Source: Gemmatimonadota bacterium (GTDB taxonomy: Bacteria; Gemmatimonadota; Gemmatimonadetes; Palauibacterales; Palauibacteraceae). From it: a stretch of DNA of 64,000 nt. Made by a program: the position numbers and the translations under genes. The notes under the pieces were generated by a model. That model did not search any database. It saw only the letters and a program-made list of their open reading frames with translations, and was not told where the DNA came from. Positions 45,112 through 53,575 of the stretch are shown here, piece by piece. Numbering within the stretch: the stretch's first letter is position 1; each line of letters opens with the position of its first letter. The stretch spans positions 4,919 to 68,918 of the forward strand of contig JBDHHR010000005.1 of the NCBI GenBank assembly GCA_039589295.1. Reading direction: 5' to 3'.

Positions 45112-47052
45112 ATGCCGCCGAGATCGGAGCCGGTACCGCGCGCCCGCGCTGCAGTTCACTGGCTGAGCGGCCTGGCGCTGCTGGGTATCCTGGCAGGCGG
45201 CGTGATAGCCGCCGCGGTGGCCCTGTGGGAGAACGTCGACGTCCGCAGTCTAGCGCGGCAGGCGGCCGGCGTGACCGAGTCGCCGCCGCTTCCGGGGGAG
45301 CAGACCGGTCCGATGGCAGTGAGTCCCGCAGGCACGGTTTCCGCGCTCCTCGTCTCCCGGGCAAGCGCCGGCTTCTTCCCGGATAGTTCATTCTACCCGG
45401 CGACAATCCGGAGGTGGGAGACCATGCTGGAGGAACTTGGCAGCGTGCGACGCATAGCGTCAGCCGCGGAAATGGCGGAGCTGCCCCCAGGCGCTCTTCT
45501 GGTCGCCCCCGACGCGATCTGCCTGGCTCAGATGGAGGTCGACGCTCTGAGCAGCCATGTCGAAGCGGGGGGCAGCCTGGTGATCGACCGGGCGACGGGC
45601 GCCCGCGACGAGAAGTGTGAGTGGCGGGGCTGGAACGTAGTTCAATCGCTTACCGGGTCCATCGATGTGCTGGAGCGGCCGGCGGAGCAGTCCCTGTTCT
45701 TCACACTCCCCGCGGGGCTGCCGCTATCGGCCGGACTGGCGCCCGGTACCCGGGTGGAGCTGCACCCGGACGCCCGCCTGGGCTTGCTGACGACAGGGCC
45801 GCGCGCCTACTGGTCGGATTGGGCCCTGAATCCAGTCTCGCCCGAGGGGAAGCCCTCGCCTGACGCGGCTGCGGTGCTGCGAAAGGCCGACGGTGAAGGC
45901 CGAGGCCGGGTGGCGTGGTTCGGCTTCCGCACGGGACAGGGCGCAGGCGATCGCAACGAAGCTCTCCTCAGTCAGGTTCTGCGCAACGGCACGCGATGGG
46001 CCGCCGGCGTGCTCATGGCCGAGGTGTCCCCGTGGCCGGCGGGAAGACAGGCCGCGCTGCTCATAGGCCAGGACGTCGAGTCCGGATTCGCCAACGCGGC
46101 TTACCTCGCCGCTTTGCTGCGAGAGAAGGCCGCTCGGGCCTCGTTCTTTGTCGTATCAGAGCTAGCTCAGGAGAATCCCGACGTTGCGGACTCTCTGCTC
46201 GGAGCCGGGGAGATCGGCAGCCAGACCGCGGATCACTATCCCACCGCGGGGCTCCCTCTGGGCGAGCAGACGCTGAGGCTGCGCCGGAGCTGGAGCCAGC
46301 TGCGCCGCTGGTCCGGCCGGCCGCCGGTAGGACTGCGCCCGCCGGAGGAACGGTTCGATGAGAACACGCTTCGGGCATGGCGCGAGGTGGGTGGCGAGTA
46401 CATCGCCGCGGTCAACGACGCTCGCTCCGCGGCTCCGGAGGTTTACACGACGCCGGCCGGGCCCGTGGTTCTCCTCCCGCGTCTTGTCGATGACGATTAC
46501 AACGTCCTGGTGCAGGAAGGAGCCCGCCGCACCCGCCGACTCCGGGACGCGTACCTGCAGGGGATGCGTAAGCTAGGTCCCCTCGGAGGAATAGCTTACC
46601 TCGCCCTGCACACGCAGATCGGCGGAACACCGGATCGGGTGGGCGTCGTCGGGGAGGTAATCGACAGCGCGCGCAGCCAGCCGGGGAACTGGTGGCTGGC
46701 CACGGGCGAGGAAATCGCGCGATGGTGGCTGGCCCGTGACGGGGTCGTGCTGAACCTGCCGGAGTCGGATCCCGACTCGTTGCAGGTTCGGGTGCTGAGC
46801 GGAGACGGGTTGGCCGGGGGCTGGATCGAAGTGTACGGCGACGCCCTGGCGTCGCTCGTGCCGTTCGACAGCGAGCGGCAGCTGCCCTATGCCCGAACCG
46901 AATGGGGACTGCGATTCGCCATGCCCGAGCTTCCCGGCGGCGAAACCAGGACGTTCATCCTGAGACCAGAGCCGGAGGTATCCGGGGAAACCCACGAACC
47001 GGACCGAGACGCTTCGGCAGAGGATACGGCACTTGTCCCCTCCCCCTCGTGA
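45112..47052 (+). CDS. Polysaccharide deacetylase-family protein (PgaB-like, membrane-anchored)
   Basis: An N-terminal TM anchor and a central NodB-like region (ALLIGQDVESGFANAAYLAALLREKAARASFFVVSE...) are present, plus C-terminal extra domains. Length is 646 aa and it sits immediately after the synthase genes. Confidence 0.7.
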   Translation: MPPRSEPVPRARAAVHWLSGLALLGILAGGVIAAAVALWENVDVRSLARQAAGVTESPPLPGEQTGPMAVSPAGTVSALLVSRASAGFFPDSSFYPATIRRWETMLEELGSVRRIASAAEMAELPPGALLVAPDAICLAQMEVDALSSHVEAGGSLVIDRATGARDEKCEWRGWNVVQSLTGSIDVLERPAEQSLFFTLPAGLPLSAGLAPGTRVELHPDARLGLLTTGPRAYWSDWALNPVSPEGKPSPDAAAVLRKADGEGRGRVAWFGFRTGQGAGDRNEALLSQVLRNGTRWAAGVLMAEVSPWPAGRQAALLIGQDVESGFANAAYLAALLREKAARASFFVVSELAQENPDVADSLLGAGEIGSQTADHYPTAGLPLGEQTLRLRRSWSQLRRWSGRPPVGLRPPEERFDENTLRAWREVGGEYIAAVNDARSAAPEVYTTPAGPVVLLPRLVDDDYNVLVQEGARRTRRLRDAYLQGMRKLGPLGGIAYLALHTQIGGTPDRVGVVGEVIDSARSQPGNWWLATGEEIARWWLARDGVVLNLPESDPDSLQVRVLSGDGLAGGWIEVYGDALASLVPFDSERQLPYARTEWGLRFAMPELPGGETRTFILRPEPEVSGETHEPDRDASAEDTALVPSPS

Positions 47053-47129
47053 GGCAACCTTATTCCCTTATTCATTTGGATTCCCTCCGGCGCGGCCGAT
47101 TAGAGTGAGATCACCTTCCGGGAGGCATC

Positions 47130-49043
47130 TTGGGTGAGAAGGAAGTACGCCTGGAAGTGGACGGGGCGGGACTCCGCCTCTTCACGCAGGCTCTCCTTCG
47201 CGACGTGCGCGCTCTGGAGCAGTTGCTGGCCACAGGCGCCATCGAGTCCGGGGTGCGGCGCGTAGGTCTCGAGCAGGAACTCTTCCTGGTAGACGACATG
47301 TGGCGGGCGGCCCCTGTGGCGGTCGAGGCGCTCGAGCTCGTCGACGATCCTCGCGTCACCAGTGAGATCGGCCGGTTCAACCTCGAGTGCAACCTCGATC
47401 CGCTCATCTTCGGCGGTGACTGCCTCCGGCGCATGGAGCAGGATGTGGACGCTCTGCTGGAGACTGTGCGCGAGGCGGTGGCTCAGCTCGGGGCGAACAT
47501 CGTCCTGATCGGTATCCTCCCGACGTTGCGGAAATCAGACCTGAGTATAGACAACATCTTCCCGGCGAACAGGTATTACGCGCTGAACGACGCGCTGACC
47601 CGTTTGCGGGGAGGTCCGTACGATCTCCGCATCAAGGGGACCGACGATCTGCGCGTCACGCACGATTCGGTTATGCTTGAGGCAGCTAACGCCAGCTTCC
47701 AGGCTCATTTCCAGGTCGGCCCCGAAGAGTTCGCCAATCTTTACAACATCGCGATGACGGCCAGCGCGCCGGTCCTCGCCGCAGCCGTCAACTCACCGCT
47801 CATGCTGGGACGCCGCCTGTGGCACGAGACCCGGATCGCTGTGTTCCAGCAATCCATCGACACGCGAGCCGCCATGCCGGAGGTGCGTGACCTGTCGCCG
47901 CGGGTGAGCTTCGGGCGGGAGTGGGTCGACGAATCGGTTCTGGAGGTGTTCAAGGCCGACATCTCGCGTTTCAAGGTGTTGCTGGGACGGGAGATCGACG
48001 AGGATCCCTTCGAGGCCATGGAGGAGGGACGGGTCCCGACCCTGCAGGCTCTTCAGCTCTTCAACAGCACTGTCTACCGCTGGAATCGAGCGTGTTACGG
48101 TGTTGCGGACGGAGTAGCGCACCTGCGAATCGAGAACCGGGTGCTGCCATCGGGACCTACGGTACTGGACGAGATCTCGAACGCGGCCTTCTGGTTCGGT
48201 GTGGTGGCCGGGCTGGCGAACGAAGTGGACGACGTGCGGGAGACGATAGCCTTCCACACGGTGCGCACCAACTTCGTCGCGGCCGCGCGCCACGGCCTGG
48301 ACGCCCAGATGACGTGGCTGGACGGCGAGACTCTCACTGCGCAGGAATTGATTTGCCGGCGGCTCTTGCCGTTCGCCCGGAGAGGTCTGGAAGCGAGCGC
48401 CATAGACGGCCAGGATATCGACCGCTATCTGGGGACCATCGAGGCGCGGGTCGGCTCGCGTCGCACCGGTGCTCACTGGCAGCTGGGCTCGCTCGCTTCG
48501 ATGGGGGAGGATGGGACGCTGGAGGAGCGGATGGCGGCGCTGGTAGCCGCCACCGTCAGCCGCCAGGCCGAGGGTCAGCCCGTGCACCATTGGAGCGAGG
48601 CCGGGTTGGACGAGTCCGGGGGCTGGAAGCCCAGCTTTCAGCGCGTCGAGCAGTACATGTGTACCGACCTGGTCACGGTGAACGAGGAGGAGCCCATCGA
48701 TCTGGTCGCCAACTTGATGGACTGGCATAGGATTCACCATGTGCCTGTCGAAGACCACGAGCACCGGCTCGTGGGGCTGATGTCCCAGAGGCCTCTCATG
48801 CGCTTCCTGGCCAGCGACGAGGCGCGCCGGGCGGAGGGCCCGATCCCGGTGAGCGATCTCATGCAGCGTGAGCTCATAACCGCCTCACCAGAGACGTCGA
48901 CCATCGAAGCCATCGAGAAGATGAGACAGCACGGCATTAGCTGCCTGCCGGTGGTGCGGGAGGGAAGGCTGGTCGGAATCGTGACCGAGCATGACTTCAT
49001 GCGCATCGCGGGCCAACTGCTGGAGGAGAAGCTTCGGGAGTGA
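47130..49043 (+). CDS. GCS2-family carboxylate-amine ligase (YbdK/EgtA-like glutamate-cysteine ligase family 2) fused to a C-terminal CBS-domain pair
   Basis: The N-terminal ~370 aa carry GCS2 hallmarks (VGLEQELFLVD, GTDDLRVTHDSVMLEAANASFQAHFQV, STVYRWNR). The C-terminal ~130 aa have two CBS motifs (VTVNEEEPIDLVANLMDWHRIHHVPVEDHEHRLVGLMS and ITASPETSTIEAIEKMRQHGISCLPVVREGRLVGIVTEHD). TTG start. Confidence 0.75.
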   Translation: MGEKEVRLEVDGAGLRLFTQALLRDVRALEQLLATGAIESGVRRVGLEQELFLVDDMWRAAPVAVEALELVDDPRVTSEIGRFNLECNLDPLIFGGDCLRRMEQDVDALLETVREAVAQLGANIVLIGILPTLRKSDLSIDNIFPANRYYALNDALTRLRGGPYDLRIKGTDDLRVTHDSVMLEAANASFQAHFQVGPEEFANLYNIAMTASAPVLAAAVNSPLMLGRRLWHETRIAVFQQSIDTRAAMPEVRDLSPRVSFGREWVDESVLEVFKADISRFKVLLGREIDEDPFEAMEEGRVPTLQALQLFNSTVYRWNRACYGVADGVAHLRIENRVLPSGPTVLDEISNAAFWFGVVAGLANEVDDVRETIAFHTVRTNFVAAARHGLDAQMTWLDGETLTAQELICRRLLPFARRGLEASAIDGQDIDRYLGTIEARVGSRRTGAHWQLGSLASMGEDGTLEERMAALVAATVSRQAEGQPVHHWSEAGLDESGGWKPSFQRVEQYMCTDLVTVNEEEPIDLVANLMDWHRIHHVPVEDHEHRLVGLMSQRPLMRFLASDEARRAEGPIPVSDLMQRELITASPETSTIEAIEKMRQHGISCLPVVREGRLVGIVTEHDFMRIAGQLLEEKLRE

Positions 49044-50248
49044 GCCACAGCGTCCGTGCCGTCGCCGATGCGCAGGCGCCCCTGAGAGGCGCCCGGGAGG
49101 GGCCCAAACGCCTGATCGGGCTCTTCGGCGGGTACGCGCCGGGCCCGACGCTGGTGTGTGTGGGCGGACTTCACGGCAACGAGCCGGCCGGCGTTCTGGC
49201 CCTGCGCCGCCTGCTGGCCAGGCTCGAAGACTCCCACCCGCCATTCCGGGGGGAGTTGCTGGCCCTGGCGGGGAATCTCGAAGCGCTGAGGCTCGGCCGG
49301 CGCTTCGTCGACCGCGACCTCAACCGCGCGTGGACCCGGCGACAGATAGCGCGCGCGAGATCCGCCTCGAGACCGGGGACCGAGGACCGCGAGCAGCTGG
49401 AGTTGATGGCGGTCATGGCAGATACTCTCGATCGGAATGGCGACGAGATCTACGTAGTGGATCTGCACACCACCTCTGCCGACAGCGCCCCGTTTGTCAC
49501 CCTGGGAGACACCCTGCACAACAGAGCCTTCGCCCGGCGCATAGGCCTCCCGCTCGTCCTGGGGATCGAGGAGCAGATAGAAGGAGCGCTCCTGGAGTTC
49601 GTCAACGAGAGAGGTCCGGTCACCCTGGGAATCGAGGCCGGACAGCACGAGGATCCGGCCTCCATCGATAACCATGAGCGGGCGCTGTGGATGGCCCTGA
49701 TGGCGTCCGGCAACGTGCGGGAGCGGGATGTCCCCTGGGTGCGAGCCATGCGGAGGGAGCTCAGGCAAGCGTACGGAGCGTTGCCAGGCGTCTTCGAGGT
49801 GCGTTATCGCAGGGGAGTCAACGAAACGGACGGATTCCGCATGCGCCCGGGTTACCGGAATCTTCAACCCGTGCTCGAGGGCGAGATCCTGGCCACCGAC
49901 AGGGATGGGCCGGTGAGGGCCCCGGAGGCGGGACGCGTCTTCTTGCCGTTGTACCAGGAACTGGGAGACGACGGCTTCTTCATCGTGCGAGAGATAAGCG
50001 CGGCTTGGCTGCGCGTCTCGTCGGTCCTGCGACGCCTGCGCATGGACGCCATCGCCCACTGGCTCCCCGGTATTCATCGCGCCCGCCGGCGTCCGGAAAC
50101 CCTCATCGTCGACCGCCGCGTGGCCCGCTGGCTGGCTATCGAGTTGTTGCACCTCCTGGGGTTCCGCAAGAAGAGAGTTGCCCGTGGCGCGTTCGTCTTC
50201 AGCCGTCGCCCGCACGATCGACTGCCGCGACGCGGCCATCGCCGGTAG
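49040..50248 (+). CDS. Succinylglutamate desuccinylase/aspartoacylase (AstE/AspA) family Zn-dependent deacylase
   Basis: Motifs VCVGGLHGNEPAG, VDLHT and GIEAGQHEDPASIDNHE are the Zn-ligand and catalytic Glu pattern of this M14-like family. ATGA-coupled to the GCS2 gene. Confidence 0.78.
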   Translation: MSHSVRAVADAQAPLRGAREGPKRLIGLFGGYAPGPTLVCVGGLHGNEPAGVLALRRLLARLEDSHPPFRGELLALAGNLEALRLGRRFVDRDLNRAWTRRQIARARSASRPGTEDREQLELMAVMADTLDRNGDEIYVVDLHTTSADSAPFVTLGDTLHNRAFARRIGLPLVLGIEEQIEGALLEFVNERGPVTLGIEAGQHEDPASIDNHERALWMALMASGNVRERDVPWVRAMRRELRQAYGALPGVFEVRYRRGVNETDGFRMRPGYRNLQPVLEGEILATDRDGPVRAPEAGRVFLPLYQELGDDGFFIVREISAAWLRVSSVLRRLRMDAIAHWLPGIHRARRRPETLIVDRRVARWLAIELLHLLGFRKKRVARGAFVFSRRPHDRLPRRGHRR

Positions 50249-51857
50249 CATCAGGCCCGCGCAGCCCGGCGGTTAATATGGCTGCTGCAGCGGACAGCGC
50301 GCTGAGCCAACCGACCACGTCACCCAGGCGCGTGAACAGTGTGAGGCGGTCCGTCGTCTGCACCCTTACCGGGACGGCCGTGGCCTCGAAGAGTCGCGTC
50401 GATCGCTGCCAACGCCCGAGAGGATCTATGACGCCTGAGATGCCGGTATTCGCCGCGCGGGCTATGCCCACCCGATTCTCGATAGCCCGCATAACCAGGT
50501 GTGAGGGATGCTGGACCAGACCGGCTGTCCGACTCCACCACGGCTCCGCCCGCCCGAACCATGCATCGTTGCTTATATTGACGAGGAAGTCCGCCCCCGC
50601 CGCCCGGTGGCGACGGGAGAGCTGCTGATAGATGGCCTCGTAGCAGATCAGAACTCCGAACCGCGCCTCCGCCAGCTCGAACGGCTCCGTCCAGACGCCG
50701 ACCGCGAATCCCCCCGAAGAACCCGGCTGCCGCATCCAGCCGGGCATGGTAAGCGGTGCCCTCTCGACCCCGGGCACGAGGCGGCGCTTGTCGTACCGTC
50801 CGAGGCCAGCTCCCGCGGGCGAGAAGAACAGCGCCGAGTTGAACGTGCGGGGCGTCCCGTCGCCGCGGTCCTCCAATCCCCAAGCCCCTATCAGCAGGGC
50901 GGCCCCCAGGCGCCGAGCAAGCGACTCGACCCAGGGACCGTACGTAGGGTGGCCAGGCCATCCCAGCGAGGGGACGGGCTCGATCCAGGCCTGCAGCGTC
51001 GTTTCGGGAAGCAGGATCAGGTCGGCGGTCGCGTCTCCGGCGGCACCCGGGCGCAGAAGCAGCTCCACCCTCGTCACGACGCGACGGTTTGCCTCGTCGA
51101 CCTGCAGCTTGAGGTCCTCCGGGATGTTGGGCTGTACGAGGATCACCTCGGCCGCGCTCCGGATATCCAGGGCGCGCCACCGGTATAGCGAGTATGCCGG
51201 TGGAAGAAGAAGGACCACCGCCCCGGTGGCAGTCCACTTACATGCCAGCCGGCCGATCCGGCGCCTGGCGGTGCGTGCGGACAGGAGCGCGAGAGTCCCC
51301 GCCGCCAGGAGGCCGTTGGACAATGCCAGCCAGAAGGTCAGACCGCGGGAGCCGACTATATCCGCGGCACCGACAAGCCAGGGAAAGGAGGTCAGAGTGT
51401 TTCCCAGGCCCATCCACGGAAACGACAACGGACCGAGGTGGGCCGGCACCCACTCGGCCGCCGTCCAGAAGACGGGAAGCGCCAGCCACAGTGGCCACCG
51501 GAGCCGGATGCGAGCCTGGTGCATCGCGACTGTTCCCAACGCGACAAGTACGGCCAGACTCAGCACTGGTACGAGAAACGCGAAGATCGCCCACCACGTG
51601 TAGAAAAGCAGGCTCACCAAGAGCCAGTGGAGGACCAGGGACTGGTATATCAATCCCAGAAGGAACCCGCCGCGCAGGGCTTCGGCCTGCCCTCCCGCGT
51701 CGGGCGGGAGCCTCCCGAGCCACACGCCGAACGGAACGAGAGCGGTGAAGGAAGGAAAGAGGAGATGAAACGGTGGGTGGGCGAGTCCGAGGAGAAGAGC
51801 GCTGGCCAGGATCCAGCCTCGTCCGCGCCGGACCCCGACGACCTGCGGAAGGCTCAC
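50199..51857 (-). CDS. lnt: Apolipoprotein N-acyltransferase
   Basis: An N-terminal polytopic region is followed by a CN-hydrolase domain with catalytic E/K/C context (LLPETT, YDKRRLVPGVE, VLICYEAIY). The start was placed at the GTG that forms a GTGA overlap with the upstream Gfo/Idh/MocA stop. The track ORF extends to 51896. Confidence 0.85.
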   Translation of the reverse strand: MSLPQVVGVRRGRGWILASALLLGLAHPPFHLLFPSFTALVPFGVWLGRLPPDAGGQAEALRGGFLLGLIYQSLVLHWLLVSLLFYTWWAIFAFLVPVLSLAVLVALGTVAMHQARIRLRWPLWLALPVFWTAAEWVPAHLGPLSFPWMGLGNTLTSFPWLVGAADIVGSRGLTFWLALSNGLLAAGTLALLSARTARRRIGRLACKWTATGAVVLLLPPAYSLYRWRALDIRSAAEVILVQPNIPEDLKLQVDEANRRVVTRVELLLRPGAAGDATADLILLPETTLQAWIEPVPSLGWPGHPTYGPWVESLARRLGAALLIGAWGLEDRGDGTPRTFNSALFFSPAGAGLGRYDKRRLVPGVERAPLTMPGWMRQPGSSGGFAVGVWTEPFELAEARFGVLICYEAIYQQLSRRHRAAGADFLVNISNDAWFGRAEPWWSRTAGLVQHPSHLVMRAIENRVGIARAANTGISGVIDPLGRWQRSTRLFEATAVPVRVQTTDRLTLFTRLGDVVGWLSALSAAAAILTAGLRGPDATGDGRVAAVDRAGDG

Positions 51858-52864
51858 GTCTCCATTTCGCGCCCTTCGGAAGCCGAGCGGTAGCACGCTT
51901 CGACTACCCGAATCAGCCGGACCTGATCATCCGGCACCTCCGGTGGCTTCTCGCCGCGTGCGTGGCGGAGGAATTCGGCCCATTCCTGCCGGTACGAGTC
52001 CGCATACAGCTCTGCCGGCGGCCAGTCCATGTCAGGGGTAACGTCCACGATCCCCGATTCCGTGGTCCGCTGCACCTGGAACGGGGTCGAGCGAGCGGAC
52101 CCTTCCGTGCCCAGGGCGTAAAGCACGTGACGATCCCGCTCGTGGACGAGCTCCCAGGTAACTTCGACTGTGGCCGTCGCACCGGTCGCCAGGGCAAGCT
52201 GGACCGCCGCGGATGCCTCCACGTCCCCGGCACCGTGAAGGCGGGCACTGACCCTCTCCACCTCCGGATAGTCGAGGATCCACAGAGCCGTGTCTATCGC
52301 CTGCGCTCCCAGGTCCATCAGAACCCCCCCACCCGACAGTTGCGCGTCACGTCGCCACCCGCGGCGCGGCCGGCGCGCCCGCCTGTTCAGCCACGTGCTC
52401 CGCACGTAGAAGACGTCACCCAGCTCCCCGCTGGCTACGAAATGCTTTATGGCGCGCAGGTCATAGCGGAATCGCTGGTTCATGGCGACCATGAGGTGGC
52501 GCTGGGCCCGGCGGGCGGCTTCGACAACGCGAGCGGCCGAATCGCTGGACGTGGTGAGCGGCCTCTCACACAGAACGTGGCAGCCGTGCTCCAGCGCCCC
52601 CAGCACGCCCTCCTCGTGTGCGTGGTTCGGTGAACAGACGAGCACGGCCTCCAGGTCTGTCTCAGCCGCCAGCTCGTCCAGCGAACCGGCCACCCTGGGA
52701 ACGCCGAAGCGCTCGGCGATGGTCTGAGCCTTCTCCCGTTGTGGATCGACCAGCCCTACCACTTCGACGTCTGACAGGCGGTTCAGGATGGGGAGGTGTA
52801 TGACCTGGCCTACGCTTCCGACGCCCAGCACCGCTATGCGAACGGTCCTCGCCATCCGGCTCAC
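51854..52864 (-). CDS. Gfo/Idh/MocA-family NAD(P)-dependent oxidoreductase
   Basis: An N-terminal Rossmann fold (IAVLGVGSVGQVIHLPIL) is present, with a C-terminal alpha/beta domain. Length is 336 aa. Confidence 0.85.
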   Translation of the reverse strand: MSRMARTVRIAVLGVGSVGQVIHLPILNRLSDVEVVGLVDPQREKAQTIAERFGVPRVAGSLDELAAETDLEAVLVCSPNHAHEEGVLGALEHGCHVLCERPLTTSSDSAARVVEAARRAQRHLMVAMNQRFRYDLRAIKHFVASGELGDVFYVRSTWLNRRARRPRRGWRRDAQLSGGGVLMDLGAQAIDTALWILDYPEVERVSARLHGAGDVEASAAVQLALATGATATVEVTWELVHERDRHVLYALGTEGSARSTPFQVQRTTESGIVDVTPDMDWPPAELYADSYRQEWAEFLRHARGEKPPEVPDDQVRLIRVVEACYRSASEGREMET

Positions 52865-53484
52865 AGGCGACCACCCAGCCGGTAGGCGACGCCGAGAGAG
52901 AACGCCAGGTTGCTGGCATCGGTGACCAGCGCGCCCCGCACATCGCCGTAGACCCGCCAGACGCTGCTGAAATCGATCTCCAGGCCCGCCACGCCGGAAA
53001 GACCGGCGGTGATCACCGCATCATCGAGAAACGTCCCCTGGGTAGCCGTGCCGGAGTCGTCCAGTATGTAGACGTCCACCCCCAGCCCGATGTAGGGCCT
53101 TATGTACGAGTCCGGCAGGGTCCACTGGAGGTCCGTCGCGAGCACCCAGTAATCGCGCTCGATGCTCCCCAAGTTCACGGATCCTTCCGCGAGGCCCGAG
53201 ACCGTTTCGATCTGGCGCTCGAGCTCGTCCACTGCGTTCTCATCGACGTCGGCGTTCCAGAAGGCGAAACGGGGAACGACCCTGATATACGGCCCCAGAA
53301 ACCCCAGGTCGATGCGGGCGCCGATGCCTACCGCTCCCTCGCCCTGCGATGCATCCGCGTACAACACGTCTACGCCGATGGCCCTGAAGCCGAGGTTGGC
53401 GTAGTCGTACTCCTCCAGGCCCTGGGCGGCCGCGCCACGAGTGCCGGTGGTCAGCACGGCCAGCGCGGCCAGCAGCGACAGCAT
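52861..53484 (-). CDS. Outer-membrane beta-barrel protein (OmpA-like/OmpW-like beta-barrel domain)
   Basis: A signal peptide (MLSLLAALAVLTTGTRGAAAQG) is followed by alternating-hydrophobic beta-strand patterns and a C-terminal aromatic-terminal motif (SLGVAYRLGGRL). ATGA-coupled to the Gfo gene. Confidence 0.7.
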   Translation of the reverse strand: MLSLLAALAVLTTGTRGAAAQGLEEYDYANLGFRAIGVDVLYADASQGEGAVGIGARIDLGFLGPYIRVVPRFAFWNADVDENAVDELERQIETVSGLAEGSVNLGSIERDYWVLATDLQWTLPDSYIRPYIGLGVDVYILDDSGTATQGTFLDDAVITAGLSGVAGLEIDFSSVWRVYGDVRGALVTDASNLAFSLGVAYRLGGRL

Positions 53485-53575
53485 CCAGCGTGACGCGTCT
53501 CGTCCGCAGGCAAAACGGCGGTTGCTGGTTCCCCTGTCGAGCATCCTCATCCCACTGCCTCCCTATAGAGTATCC

